In this document: one piece after another, positions 49,555 through 60,003 of the stretch
Position numbering within the stretch: the first letter of the stretch is position 1
Layout of the letters: every line of letters begins with the position of its first letter
Source: an uncultured Desulfosarcina sp.
Lineage (GTDB): Bacteria; Desulfobacterota; Desulfobacteria; Desulfobacterales; Desulfosarcinaceae
Direction: 5' to 3'
NCBI GenBank assembly: GCA_963674945.2
Contig: CAXXWQ010000003.1
Coordinates: forward strand, 480,001-544,000
Length of the DNA: 64,000 nt
Translations under genes and position numbers: made by a program
The notes under the pieces: model-generated
The model's database searches: none
Seen by the model: only the letters and a program-made list of their open reading frames with translations
What the model was told of the DNA's origin: nothing

Positions 49555-50383
49555 AACAAAATGGGAGGACGGGATGGAACCATTTTTCGCCATTCACATT
49601 GTCAACCTAATCCTTGTATTTATCTTGATGACCGCAGGCTGGGTTTGGAGTATGGCACGAAAAAACGTCACCATCGTCGATAGCCTGTGGGGGATTGGTT
49701 TCGTGATGATCGCATGGAACACGTTCGTCATGGGAGACGGCGATTACGGCCGGAACCTGCTGGTATCTCTTTTGGCCACAGCCTGGGGAATGCGCCTTTC
49801 CGGCCACCTGACGTGGCGCAATTGGGGGAAACCGGAAGACCACCGATACGGCAGTTGGAGAGAAAAATCCGGTTCATCCTTCTGGTGGGTCAGCCTGTTC
49901 AAGGTGTTTTGGCTCCAGGCCCTCTTTTTGTGGGTGATCTCGCTGGTCCTTCAAAAGGCCCAACTGTCGCAGACGCCAACCCGATTGACGGTTCTGGATT
50001 TTTCCGGCACCCTCGTGTGGATCATGGGCTTTTGTTTCGAGGCAGCCGGCGATTGGCAACTGGCCCGGTTCAGATCCGACCCCAAGAATCGGGGACAGGT
50101 CATGGATCGGGGACTCTGGGCATTCAGCCGTCATCCCAACTACTTCGGCGAGTTTTTGATCTGGTGGGGATTTTTCCTTGTCGCCCTTGCCACCCCCGAC
50201 TCCTTTTGGACCATCATCTGCCCCGTGCTCGTCACCCTTGTACTCTTGAAAATGACCGGCATTCCCATCACCGAGAAAGCCCTGCAATTCAGGCGTCCTG
50301 GATACAGCGAATACATTCGAAGGACCAGTCCATTCTTTCCACGACCACCGAAACCCGGAACCGAAAGGGAGAAATCAAAATGA
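49544..50383 (+). CDS. DUF1295 / steroid 5-alpha-reductase-like membrane protein
   Basis: [26 protein letters not shown] and [10 protein letters not shown] motifs. Confidence 0.88.
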   Translation: MVCETKWEDGMEPFFAIHIVNLILVFILMTAGWVWSMARKNVTIVDSLWGIGFVMIAWNTFVMGDGDYGRNLLVSLLATAWGMRLSGHLTWRNWGKPEDHRYGSWREKSGSSFWWVSLFKVFWLQALFLWVISLVLQKAQLSQTPTRLTVLDFSGTLVWIMGFCFEAAGDWQLARFRSDPKNRGQVMDRGLWAFSRHPNYFGEFLIWWGFFLVALATPDSFWTIICPVLVTLVLLKMTGIPITEKALQFRRPGYSEYIRRTSPFFPRPPKPGTEREKSK

Positions 50384-51417
50384 AGATACTCACGGACATG
50401 GCCGAACGGTCATGGATGCCAGATCCGGTGATTCGCCTCGGCATCCGCAGATTGAACCGCATGCGCATCGCGCAGGAAACATCTCGCCATGGTGTCGACC
50501 GCAAAGCCGTCATCGCAGCCTTTGCCCAAGAGATGAAAAACGCCCCCATCGCTTTCTCCCCGGACATGGCCAACGACCAGCACTACGAACTACCGGCGGC
50601 ATTCTTCCAGCAGGTGCTAGGCAAAAACCGCAAGTACAGCTGCGCCCTCTGGAAAAGTGGAGTAGGTTCACTGGATCGCGCGGAGGAGGATATGTTGGCG
50701 TTGACCGTTGATCGGGCACAGCTCGCCGACGGTATGGATATCCTGGAGCTGGGATGCGGCTGGGGGTCGTTGACCCTCTGGATGGCCGACCGCTTTCCCA
50801 ACAGTCATATCACGGCGGTTTCCAATTCCCATTCCCAGCGCCGTTTCATCGAAACCTGCTACCGCGCGCGTGGGCTGAAAAACGTACAGGTGATCACGGC
50901 CGACATGAACGAGTTTTCAATCGACCGACGTTTCGACCGTATCGTCTCCGTTGAGATGTTCGAGCACATGCGCAACTGGTCGGTCCTGCTGGGCAACATC
51001 AGCCGGTGGCTAACGGACTCTGGCCGGGCGTTCCTTCACATCTTCACCCACAGCCGTTTCGCTTATCCTTTTGAAATCGAAGGCGGTGACAACTGGATGG
51101 GCCGGCACTTTTTCACCGGTGGAATCATGCCCGCCGACGATCTGATTTTCAATTTTCAGGAGGACCTTCGTGTGGAAAAACACTGGCGAATAAACGGCAT
51201 CCATTACCAGAAGACCGCCGAGGCGTGGCTTACCAACATGGATCGCCGCAAAGACTCGATTCTACCCATTCTGGCCGAGACTTACGGAACCGGCGCGGCG
51301 AAAGTGTGGTTCCAGCGCTGGAGAATTTTTTTCATGGCTTGCGCCGAAGTGTGGGGACATCAAGGCGGCAATGAGTGGATCGTCTCCCACTACCGGCTAA
51401 GAAAAAATAGGGGTTGA
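50380..51417 (+). CDS. SAM-dependent methyltransferase (CFA synthase / coclaurine N-methyltransferase-like)
   Basis: [37 protein letters not shown] and [12 protein letters not shown] motifs; ATGA overlap with DUF1295. Confidence 0.88.
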   Translation: MKILTDMAERSWMPDPVIRLGIRRLNRMRIAQETSRHGVDRKAVIAAFAQEMKNAPIAFSPDMANDQHYELPAAFFQQVLGKNRKYSCALWKSGVGSLDRAEEDMLALTVDRAQLADGMDILELGCGWGSLTLWMADRFPNSHITAVSNSHSQRRFIETCYRARGLKNVQVITADMNEFSIDRRFDRIVSVEMFEHMRNWSVLLGNISRWLTDSGRAFLHIFTHSRFAYPFEIEGGDNWMGRHFFTGGIMPADDLIFNFQEDLRVEKHWRINGIHYQKTAEAWLTNMDRRKDSILPILAETYGTGAAKVWFQRWRIFFMACAEVWGHQGGNEWIVSHYRLRKNRG

Positions 51418-52194
51418 ACCTGAGCTGCGCTCTTTCTTTTCGACTTCACCAACAATGAAAACCATTTGTTGCGGTTTTACATACTTGTCAAACCATTTCA
51501 TGGAGTAGGACTTATCTCCTTTAAAGTGCAAAATGCGGGTGGTGGGCAGGGGTGTTTCAGGGAAATAGTAAAAATTATACTCATCCGTTGTCAATACGAG
51601 TACATTTACATCGTGGGCATTGTAAATTCTTCCCGTCATCGAAAAGTCCACATATGGCAAGAGAAGGCTGTTGAGCGCTTCCTGATCCGTAACCGTTGTC
51701 GTCATCGGTATTTTGTGGATCCATTTTTCCAGAAACAAACGCAACCCGGGTGAATTTTTGAAGAGCAATACTCCGGCGTTGACATAGCAATCATACATGG
51801 GCGGCCATGTGATGGAGATTCCTTCACCGGATCGGCGCATGGTGACGGCCATATCGAAATCCATATCAAACACATCGTCTAACGGTTGAATGCAAAAGGC
51901 ATCTCCGTCTATCCAGGCAAAATGGCAAGTGTCGCCGATATGGCGTTGCATGGCATCCAGGATGATACGGGGCTTGAAGGTGGACTTTGATATCGGAGGC
52001 CCTGTGAACATGATGGAAGGGCTGGCCACCATCGCAAGGTCCGATGAGATATCGAACGGCTTACCGATTCCCAGCCCACCGATGTCATAGACCAAGGTAT
52101 CATGGCCGCAACAGGAATTCATTTGCACGGCGCCTTCGATCATTTGCCTGTAGCTGGCGTCACCGGCGGTGATGATTTTTATTGTTGATCCCAT
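51397..52194 (-). CDS. putative nucleotide-diphospho-sugar transferase (GT-A fold)
   Basis: VYDIG, FKP..I, WIDGD (DxD), NAGVL, DQEALN, YNF and ILHFKG motifs. Confidence 0.7.
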   Translation of the reverse strand: MGSTIKIITAGDASYRQMIEGAVQMNSCCGHDTLVYDIGGLGIGKPFDISSDLAMVASPSIMFTGPPISKSTFKPRIILDAMQRHIGDTCHFAWIDGDAFCIQPLDDVFDMDFDMAVTMRRSGEGISITWPPMYDCYVNAGVLLFKNSPGLRLFLEKWIHKIPMTTTVTDQEALNSLLLPYVDFSMTGRIYNAHDVNVLVLTTDEYNFYYFPETPLPTTRILHFKGDKSYSMKWFDKYVKPQQMVFIVGEVEKKERSSGSTPIFS

Positions 52195-52763
52195 GGCGTT
52201 ACAATATTGCACCGTTTAACGGGTGGACGGTCCCATGTCCATACCAGGTGCCGGTCGTAAAAGGATTGTAAATAGCTGTAAAAGGCAAGGTCGTTGTCAA
52301 CAGGTCGATGAACGGAAAATCCCATTTTTGGTGCACATGTAAGGTTCATCCAGTTCGATGGAAGAAAAATATCGGTAAATAACATGGGCTTTGCCGTCGA
52401 TTGAACGGCAAGATGAACGATGATATGGTCCAGGTGGCCGTATTCCCCCCAAGGGTTGTGGGTGAATACGGCATCCGCAGCAGGGTCGATGTTGGCGGTG
52501 ATATTCGCCATCATCCGTTTGAGTTTTCCATCCCGGGTGGACAATCGATAAAATTCGCTCGCATAGTCCAGGGATCGAGCCCGGATTCCCAGCGCCGCTG
52601 CCATTTCCTGCAATGCGACCTTACGGTGCCGGCACCACTTTCGGTCAGGATTTGCGGAGTCATTTGAGCAAATCAAGATGGAGTCGACGGACCGCTCCAT
52701 CAGTACAGGCCAGCCGAAAATCACCTCGTCGTCCGGGTGGGCCATCACCAGCTGCAACTTCAT
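52179..52763 (-). CDS. PIG-L/LmbE-family deacetylase-like protein
   Basis: AHPDDE and THNPWGEYGHLDH motifs. Confidence 0.78.
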   Translation of the reverse strand: MKLQLVMAHPDDEVIFGWPVLMERSVDSILICSNDSANPDRKWCRHRKVALQEMAAALGIRARSLDYASEFYRLSTRDGKLKRMMANITANIDPAADAVFTHNPWGEYGHLDHIIVHLAVQSTAKPMLFTDIFLPSNWMNLTCAPKMGFSVHRPVDNDLAFYSYLQSFYDRHLVWTWDRPPVKRCNIVTPWDQQ

Positions 52764-53440
52764 GGCCGGTGAACCCCGTAATGGCAGCGGACGGCATCGT
52801 GGCCTACGTGCAAGACGATTTCATTGCCGATGCCGACATGTTCGGCGCAAACACACCACTGGAATGGTAGCAAACAGGGAAAGAATCCCGTTTCCCAGCA
52901 AGCATGCCACCATGCCAGCGGCCCACGGACGGGCCGCTGCTCCATAATACGGCAAAACATTCGGGCGGTGGAAACCGCCTTGGCGTGTCGTTTGTCCAAA
53001 GCGGCGATGGCCGCGTTAAAGGCAAAACCGTTTCCTCCTCCTACAAAATCGACGCTCCCGCCGTCGATTCCAATGGTTGCATCGATCTTGGCCAGCATTC
53101 TTGGGTTGGCGGGCAAACACAAACCGAATTTTTCGGTCAAGGGAATAATGGTGTTCACTTCCGGGGCAACAATCCGCATATCCCCGTCAAAGGAGACACA
53201 AATTTCCGCATCGGATTCCAGCATCCCTTTGATCTGCCAATAATCATTCATATGATGGCCGTAGCGTGGATCATCTATTTGGAAGGGACGAGACACCCGG
53301 TGCACGGCATCAAAGCCCGGTGGGATTTGCGGAATGTCGGTAAACAAGGTAAAAAAGGCATCCGGAAAATAGTTGCGGAAGTGTTGGATTTCTAAATCTA
53401 CTACCCCGAACTCGGCGAAGATGACTTCGATTTTTTTCAT
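52760..53440 (-). CDS. hypothetical protein, possibly glycosyltransferase-like
   Basis: LFTD, SFDGD (DxD), FNAA, LPFQWC and VLHVG motifs; ATGA coupling to the PIG-L gene. Confidence 0.55.
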   Translation of the reverse strand: MKKIEVIFAEFGVVDLEIQHFRNYFPDAFFTLFTDIPQIPPGFDAVHRVSRPFQIDDPRYGHHMNDYWQIKGMLESDAEICVSFDGDMRIVAPEVNTIIPLTEKFGLCLPANPRMLAKIDATIGIDGGSVDFVGGGNGFAFNAAIAALDKRHAKAVSTARMFCRIMEQRPVRGPLAWWHACWETGFFPCLLPFQWCVCAEHVGIGNEIVLHVGHDAVRCHYGVHRP

Positions 53441-53491
53441 CAACAGGATTCGATTGGAAGATAGTAAAACAGCTTCAATTCGAGGGGTGGA

Positions 53492-53518
53492 ATTATAAAA
53501 ACAAAATCAATCTGTCAA
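53492..53518 (-). promoter_or_regulatory. consensus sigma70 hexamers upstream of the glyco cassette
   Basis: TTGACA-N15-TATAAT on the minus strand; the spacer is shorter than the optimal 17. Confidence 0.5.
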
Positions 53519-53674
53519 CAACAATTCGCAACCGCAAGATCTACCGCAGTTGGATGGTAAATTAACATAACGGCCTTTTAAAATGAATAAAACATGCAGT
53601 CAAGATGGTGGCCAATTCTTGCCGACAAGCAGTTGTTTGAGAGATACAGTACACCAGTTCGTAAATTTGCCGAC

Positions 53675-56311
53675 CTATACTCTCTTTTCTTCCCTCTCCG
53701 ATTTCGATGCGGTCTCTTTGTCCGGAGACTGGATAGGCGGTTCGGATTCGGGAGCTTTTGCCATGGCTCGCGTATCATCGCTGCGAATATGCAGATCCCG
53801 TTGTGGGAATGCGATTTCAATACCGAGTTCGCGAAACCGATGGTCCAATGCGAAACGCACATCGGTGGATGTGCTGAAATAGTGATCGACACGTGCCCAG
53901 TAGCGAAGCCGAAATATGAGTGCGCTGTCACCATGATCCATGAACAGTACATCCGGTTTGGGGTATTGTAAGATCTGGGGAAGGTGATCGGGAATCTCCA
54001 GAAGTGTCCTTCGCACCAGTTCAATATCTGATCCATAGGCCACCCCGACATCCACGTGACGCCGCATGGTGGGATCCTTGAAACTCCAGTTGGTCACCTG
54101 CTGGCTGATAAAGTCCGAATTGGGAATGATGATCGTCGCATTGTCGAAGGTCTGCACAACCGTTGCCCGAACATTGATTTTCTTGACTTCGGCCCACAGG
54201 CCGTTTACTTCGACGTAGTCCCCCAACTGAATGGGCCGTTCGAAAAGCAAAATGAGACCACTGATAAAGTTGTTGAATATATTCTGTAATCCGAAACCGA
54301 TGCCGATGCTCAGAGCGCCGAATACCACCGCCAGTGAAGTTGCATTCACGCCCAGTACGCCCAGTGCCAGCAGGATCCCCAGTCCCCATCCGATATAACT
54401 GGAGATGGTAACGATGGAATCCTTGAGGCCTCGTTCAAAGTCTCTTGCGTCGAGAATTTTTTCGCTTAAAAACCGTTTTCCGATGCGTGTGGCGACATGG
54501 GTCATGTAAAATATGACCACGGCCAATAGGATCCCTTTGACACCGACACGCAAACTCCCCACTGAAAATTCAAAATTAAAAAGTGCCGCCAGCGCCGCAA
54601 CCATAAAATCCGAACCTGCCCAAGCGAAAAGAAGTCCGGCCAGCACGGCAGACAACCATACCAGGCGGGCGACCTGTATCAGGAGCCAGCCAACCGGTCC
54701 GACGACGATGGGCACGCTCCCGTCTTCCTGGGAATCGAACACGCGTTTTTGCGAAACGTGCCACTCCTGAATGGACAGCCAGCCTATCGTTGCCCACAGG
54801 AAAAGTGCAAATGTTTGTACCCATGAAACCAGCCAGTGTCTGGCCAAATTATGGTAACCGACGAGGTCCATCAACAAGGCGACACCAAAAACCATGAAAC
54901 TCAGACCACGAACGGAAAGGCAAAGGGCTTTGGAAGGTGAGGTTTCTCCCCGGCGGACACAATTCGTGAATGCAGTGTCAAACGCCCGCCAAAATGAAAC
55001 CACCCGGACAAACAGAAATATCTCCAAGGCCAAACGGAATATCCAGGTGGTCTCACTCTCTGTGCCGAACAGATTGATCATCAGGAAATAAACGATGATC
55101 AAAACACGCAGTACACGCAAAAACCCCACCGACCGGTGTTGAATCATACGTTGCAGGTCTGACTCGGAACCGCCCGAGCGGAGTTGAAAAAACGAAATTC
55201 CCCATTGTGTCAATAAGAGTGTAAATACCGTTTGTTTTAAAAATCCCGCAAAAAGGTAGTTGATGTGTGGGAGTTTCAACTGGTCATAAAGCCACAAGAG
55301 AACTGCGGCACATATGAGCAGGAAAGATCGTCGCAGCATAATCAAGGCCAATCGCCGCGTTGACATGGCAGGGCCATCCAAACGATGCTCGATCGATTGG
55401 AGAAATTTTCGGATTTTCCTTCTTGCAAAAATGGCAGAAAGAAACAGTACCAGCAAAATTGTTTGTGCGATGGAACCACTGCGCTGAAAGTTTACCCATT
55501 GCTGCTGCCAGAAACTTGCCTGGAGAAAACCACTGGTGCGATCCCAGGCCGCTATCAATTCCCGTTTCAAGCTGTTGATGCCCAGATTCGCCATTGGATG
55601 CAGATTTCGCTTGAACAACTCTGACTTCTCCTGCGATCGCAGGCGTTCTTCCAATTTCCGCTGGGTTTCCACCAAATCGGACTTCGTCTTTTTTAATTTG
55701 TCAAACAGTTCGGTAAAGTCTTGTAAAAACCGTTCACCCCGCCTCTTCTTGTCCAACAGAATTTCATGAAGCTTTCTTAAATTATTTAAAATTTCATTAT
55801 TTTTCGATCCTTTTGCTTTCTCCTCCCGAAGTTCCGTCATCCTTTTTTCAGCAATGGAAATGCGGTCGGAAAGCTGTGCGATCCAGTCGGGCACAATATT
55901 TCCAATCTTGGCAAATTCCTCGATTCGATCCGAAAGGCTTTTCACAGCGAGTCGATTGTTGTTCAAAGTGGTCTTGAGGATTTCGTTTTGCGTTTGCAGG
56001 GTAAGCAGCAGATTTTCGTCCGCGGTATTTTGTGCACGGTACGCTTTTATTTCGTTGATGGCGGTCTCTTTGAGTACCTCCCAACGTTGAAGGTTCTGTT
56101 CCATCACCGCCAGGTCGGATCGTTCTCCCTGGAACACACTTTCGAAGGGCAGCTTTGCCGGTTCTGTGGCTGTATTCGCTATTTGGGTTTCGACCTGAGA
56201 CGCTTCACCCAATTTTGCATCGGATGAAAATAAAAAGAGGAGAAGTATGCCTGCGGTCAACGTAACCCATACACATTGAAATAACGCTTTCCTGCGATTA
56301 TGAGAAAACAT
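53675..56311 (-). CDS. large MscS-family mechanosensitive channel (MscK-like)
   Basis: Periplasmic coiled coil and many transmembrane helices; GALSIGIGFGLQNIFNNFISG, IIPNS, VGVAYGSD and IAFPQRDLH motifs. Confidence 0.9.
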   Translation of the reverse strand: MFSHNRRKALFQCVWVTLTAGILLLFLFSSDAKLGEASQVETQIANTATEPAKLPFESVFQGERSDLAVMEQNLQRWEVLKETAINEIKAYRAQNTADENLLLTLQTQNEILKTTLNNNRLAVKSLSDRIEEFAKIGNIVPDWIAQLSDRISIAEKRMTELREEKAKGSKNNEILNNLRKLHEILLDKKRRGERFLQDFTELFDKLKKTKSDLVETQRKLEERLRSQEKSELFKRNLHPMANLGINSLKRELIAAWDRTSGFLQASFWQQQWVNFQRSGSIAQTILLVLFLSAIFARRKIRKFLQSIEHRLDGPAMSTRRLALIMLRRSFLLICAAVLLWLYDQLKLPHINYLFAGFLKQTVFTLLLTQWGISFFQLRSGGSESDLQRMIQHRSVGFLRVLRVLIIVYFLMINLFGTESETTWIFRLALEIFLFVRVVSFWRAFDTAFTNCVRRGETSPSKALCLSVRGLSFMVFGVALLMDLVGYHNLARHWLVSWVQTFALFLWATIGWLSIQEWHVSQKRVFDSQEDGSVPIVVGPVGWLLIQVARLVWLSAVLAGLLFAWAGSDFMVAALAALFNFEFSVGSLRVGVKGILLAVVIFYMTHVATRIGKRFLSEKILDARDFERGLKDSIVTISSYIGWGLGILLALGVLGVNATSLAVVFGALSIGIGFGLQNIFNNFISGLILLFERPIQLGDYVEVNGLWAEVKKINVRATVVQTFDNATIIIPNSDFISQQVTNWSFKDPTMRRHVDVGVAYGSDIELVRRTLLEIPDHLPQILQYPKPDVLFMDHGDSALIFRLRYWARVDHYFSTSTDVRFALDHRFRELGIEIAFPQRDLHIRSDDTRAMAKAPESEPPIQSPDKETASKSEREEKRV

Positions 56312-56539
56312 GGCGCCGCCGTCCGGACTTGTTGTTTTTAATGAGGATACCAATTGATTGCGACAAAAAATAGCAATAAAGTGCGTCACCGGCCACCCGC
56401 AGAGCGGGTGGCTTGGATATCGGGCTAGGGCCGGATATCCAAAAGCACGTCGGTGCTTTCATCGTTCGGGTTGGTTTCAGGTGCAAATCACCCGGTTTGA
56501 ATATGATGAATCAATATCATCCGTCAAGCGGATATCTTT

Positions 56540-57082
56540 TCAAAGGAACGCCGATAGATCCGATGGCACACAGGTTTCGGCCCAGTCGACGACCTGCTTT
56601 GTGTAACGTCCGAGGCGGCACAGACGCAGGAAAAAGCAGCGGGTCTGTTCGGTGGACAACCGGTTGGAAAAATAAAGCAATTTAGGCAAAAGCAACGCGT
56701 TGACATGGGGGATGCCGTGTCTGCGGCACGCCCTCACCGCCTTTCCGTCATCGATGATCACGAAACGAAATCCGCCGCACAAAAACATTCCCAGCGTGTC
56801 TCGCTCGCCCCGATGGAGATTTTTGATATCGTTATCAAGACCATACAGACGAGTCGGATCCGGACCATCCACGACGGCGATGCCCCGCCGCTTCTGGGCC
56901 AAGAGACGAAATTCCGCCGCTCCTGGTCGCCGGGGAACGGTCACCTCGGCGAACACACTGCTGGTCATGAGAAGTCTGACGAGCCGGCAACACGAATCGA
57001 TCAGACCGACCTTCTGCAGCAAAATGGCAGACGAGGCATCGATGATGGCACTGCTATCCGTGTTGACCGACGCTTTGCCCAT
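56540..57082 (-). CDS. PIN-fold protein (DUF3368-like)
   Basis: IIDASSAI, VFAEV, LHRGERDT and IIDDGKA form the acidic pattern of PIN domains. Confidence 0.6.
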   Translation of the reverse strand: MGKASVNTDSSAIIDASSAILLQKVGLIDSCCRLVRLLMTSSVFAEVTVPRRPGAAEFRLLAQKRRGIAVVDGPDPTRLYGLDNDIKNLHRGERDTLGMFLCGGFRFVIIDDGKAVRACRRHGIPHVNALLLPKLLYFSNRLSTEQTRCFFLRLCRLGRYTKQVVDWAETCVPSDLSAFL

Positions 57083-57113
57083 GGTCTCTTCTCCGACAAA
57101 TATCCTTCAATGG

Positions 57114-57200
57114 TTAGAGAAACGAACAATAGATCGCCGCGTCCTGTGCCGAAGTTAGCGCCCCTCCCCCCACCTGCCAGATTTCGCTGGTTATCTGCAT
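57114..57200 (-). pseudogene. 28-codon remnant, probably an internally deleted metallo-beta-lactamase-fold hydrolase
   Basis: GAGGAGG RBS, then MQITSEIWQVGGGALTSAQDAAIYCSFL*. The N-terminus resembles the first strands of MBL-fold hydrolases. Confidence 0.45.
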
Positions 57201-57453
57201 AACACGACCTCCTCGAAATGGATTCGTTGCGTGAAGCCGCATCGCCATCGATATACACCGTTCTCGTTTCATCGCCATGATATCCATAACCGCGTGTTTC
57301 TTCAACCCGTTCGTAACAAACGGAAAGTTTGGTGGCAACCGCTTTGGTTCAAATACCATTTGCTTCCCTTTGGCGATTTAAGTAGAGTTGGGAAAAATTA
57401 CATCCGCCAACGATTTTGGGCCCACACCGTGAACCATTCATCGGGGAGGACTT

Positions 57454-59823
57454 ATGAAGGACAAACAGGGGAACAACCGACAAAACGAATCGATTTCCCC
57501 CAAGCGTTTGGCCCGATGGCTTCGAATCATCGAAGTCGGTTTGCCGCTGTTGGTTATCGTCCTCATCATCCTCAGCTGGTTTGTGGCCTTGAATTATCAG
57601 CGGACCCTGGTCGAGACGGTAATCGCCTCCTATCAGGAGACCCAATTGGAGGTGGTTCGCGCAGTGGCCCGCAGCATCCACCCGTTTTTGGAAGATCATA
57701 TCTCCCGGGGCGATTCCATTGACAATGTGGAACAGCAGATTCTCAAGCGGTTTGTGGCGCCCGTTCAGCTTCTGCAAAACGGTGATGCCTGGATCTACGC
57801 ACCGGATCACGTGGTCTTTGATCTGAGTTCCGATTTTCCCGACATCTATCGCGACAAAAGCATGAAGGAAATATTCGCCCTGCAAGCAAAAAAAGGCGCC
57901 GTGCACTATGAAGGGATGAGCACAGCCGTGACCCAGGCACGGGAAGGCGTCGGATGGTATGTCTGGCTCCCCGACAAAGGCAGGGAGATCGCGGCGTGGA
58001 CGCCGGTACGATTCGGCAGCTATGTCTGGACCATCGGACTCTCCACACCGCTTCCCGAAATCCTGCGTGCCACCGGTGCCGAGCGGCAAAAGCAAATGAT
58101 GCAGGCGGTCATGTCCCTGGCGACCTTGTTTGGTATCTGTTTTTCCCTTTCCGCGCTTTGGTGGGAACGTCGCCGGCGACAACTCCACCAGGCCATCGAA
58201 CGGCAAAACAGGGAATTGCAGTCTCTGGTCGGCAACCTGGAAAATGAGGTGAATCGGCGCAGTGCCAGCGAGTCGGCCACAAAAGAGCTGCACGAGCGGC
58301 TGAATACCCTCATCGAGGCACTTCCGGATGTTATTCATTTTAAAGACAACCGGGGACGCAACCTGGTGGTCAACAAGGCCTACGAGAATATGGCCGGCAT
58401 GGATAAACAGTCGATCCTGGGAAAACAGGACGATGATCTGCTGCCCCCCGATATTGCCGAACAATGCAAGGCTGCGGACGATCGGGTCAGGAAAGAAAAA
58501 ACGGCCGTACGTTTTGAAACGACCCAACGGTTATCCGATGGCCGGGTGGTGTACTGGGATGGGTTTAAAGCGCCTCTGTTCGACGAAGAGGGCCGGTTAA
58601 CCGGGCTGGTATGCGTCAATCGAGACGTCACCGATTACAAGGAGGCCGAAAAAGAGCGTCAGCGATTGCGCGAAAGACTTCTTATTTCCCAGAAAATGGA
58701 GGCCATCGGCACACTGGCCGGAGGCGTTGCCCATGATTTGAATAACATTCTCTCGGGGATCATCAATTATCCCGAGTTGTTGATCGACCGGCTGCCGCCG
58801 GATGATCCGTTATTGCGCCCCTTGCAGGTCATTCAATCCGCAGGCGAGCGGGCTGCCAGTATCGTACAGGATCTGTTGATCATGGCACGACGGGGCGTGG
58901 CCGACAAACAGGTCCTCGATGTAAACACGATTATCACAGACTATGTGAAAAGCCCGGCCCATCGCAAAAGAGTCCTGGCACATTTCGACGTTTGGGTGGA
59001 CCTGCGACTCGACGCCGACCTGATGCGTATTCGGGGCTCATCCGATGATATTGCCAAGATTGTGATGAATCTGATCATCAACGCCCAGGAATCCTTCGAC
59101 GGCCCCGGCACGATTACCGTTTCCACCGAAAATCGATATTTGGACGACGTAAAAGTCGGAACGACGGATATCAAAGAGGGTGAGTATGTACACCTGAGTG
59201 TCAGTGACGACGGCCCCGGAATTTCCCCTGAAGACCTTCCTCGCATTTTTGAACCCTTTTTCACGAAGAATAAATTGGGCATGAGTTCCACGGGCCTTGG
59301 TCTTGCGGTGGTATGGGGAACGGTGCAAGATCATCACGGCGCCATCGATGTGAAAAGCACTCCGGGCGAGGGAACCGTCTTTGACGTCTTCTTGCCGGCA
59401 ACCCGCGAAGTACCCGCCCAACCACCCGAGAAGATCGAGCGCGAACGGCTGATGGCCAGAAAAGAGTCGATTCTGGTGGTGGACGATATTCCCTTGCAGC
59501 GGGATATCGCCCATGAGATGCTGACTGGGCTCGGCTATCGCGTGCATGTGGTTGAAAGCGGCGAAGCGGCGGTGGAATATCTGCAGAACCACACCGTCGA
59601 CCTGGTGTTGCTGGACATGATCATGGGCGACGGCATGGACGGACTGGACACGTATCGCGCTATCAGTGCCCTTCAGGACATCCCCAAAGTGATCATCGCC
59701 AGCGGCTATGCGGAGACCGACCGGGTACGCGAAGCCCAACGGCTGGGTGCCGGTGCCTATGTCAAGAAGCCGTTTTTGATGGAAATCCTCGCCCGGGCCA
59801 TTCGCCGGGAACTGGAAAAATAG
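57454..59823 (+). CDS. hybrid sensor histidine kinase (periplasmic sensor, PAS, HisKA, HATPase, REC)
   Basis: Two transmembrane helices; PAS domain; GGVAHDLNNIL, NLIINA, DDGPGI, FEPFFT, GLGLA, LLDMIM and ASG motifs. Confidence 0.93.
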   Translation: MKDKQGNNRQNESISPKRLARWLRIIEVGLPLLVIVLIILSWFVALNYQRTLVETVIASYQETQLEVVRAVARSIHPFLEDHISRGDSIDNVEQQILKRFVAPVQLLQNGDAWIYAPDHVVFDLSSDFPDIYRDKSMKEIFALQAKKGAVHYEGMSTAVTQAREGVGWYVWLPDKGREIAAWTPVRFGSYVWTIGLSTPLPEILRATGAERQKQMMQAVMSLATLFGICFSLSALWWERRRRQLHQAIERQNRELQSLVGNLENEVNRRSASESATKELHERLNTLIEALPDVIHFKDNRGRNLVVNKAYENMAGMDKQSILGKQDDDLLPPDIAEQCKAADDRVRKEKTAVRFETTQRLSDGRVVYWDGFKAPLFDEEGRLTGLVCVNRDVTDYKEAEKERQRLRERLLISQKMEAIGTLAGGVAHDLNNILSGIINYPELLIDRLPPDDPLLRPLQVIQSAGERAASIVQDLLIMARRGVADKQVLDVNTIITDYVKSPAHRKRVLAHFDVWVDLRLDADLMRIRGSSDDIAKIVMNLIINAQESFDGPGTITVSTENRYLDDVKVGTTDIKEGEYVHLSVSDDGPGISPEDLPRIFEPFFTKNKLGMSSTGLGLAVVWGTVQDHHGAIDVKSTPGEGTVFDVFLPATREVPAQPPEKIERERLMARKESILVVDDIPLQRDIAHEMLTGLGYRVHVVESGEAAVEYLQNHTVDLVLLDMIMGDGMDGLDTYRAISALQDIPKVIIASGYAETDRVREAQRLGAGAYVKKPFLMEILARAIRRELEK

Positions 59824-60003
59824 CCCCGACGGGAAATCAGGGCGTTACCTTGGCAATTTGACAACTTGAAATCGAAAATAGGACAATGGAAACGGCTCGG
59901 CGATAATACAACCTGTTGACACGAAATCAAAGAGCATGAAAGGATGGCCGGAATTTGTCTTCGGCCATTTCGTTTGAGCAAAAATCCAAGGAATCACACT
60001 CCA

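Noticed and set aside
49687..50379. N-terminal extension making the methyltransferase 576 aa
   Set aside because: It overlaps DUF1295 in another frame. The real start is ATG 50380 with a GGGAG RBS and ATGA coupling.
57349..58527. Long antisense ORFs (also 41484-42857, 19511-20647, 9957-10946, 13192-14172, 16585-17568)
   Set aside because: Shadow frames opposite well-supported genes, expected in GC-rich coding DNA; no motifs.
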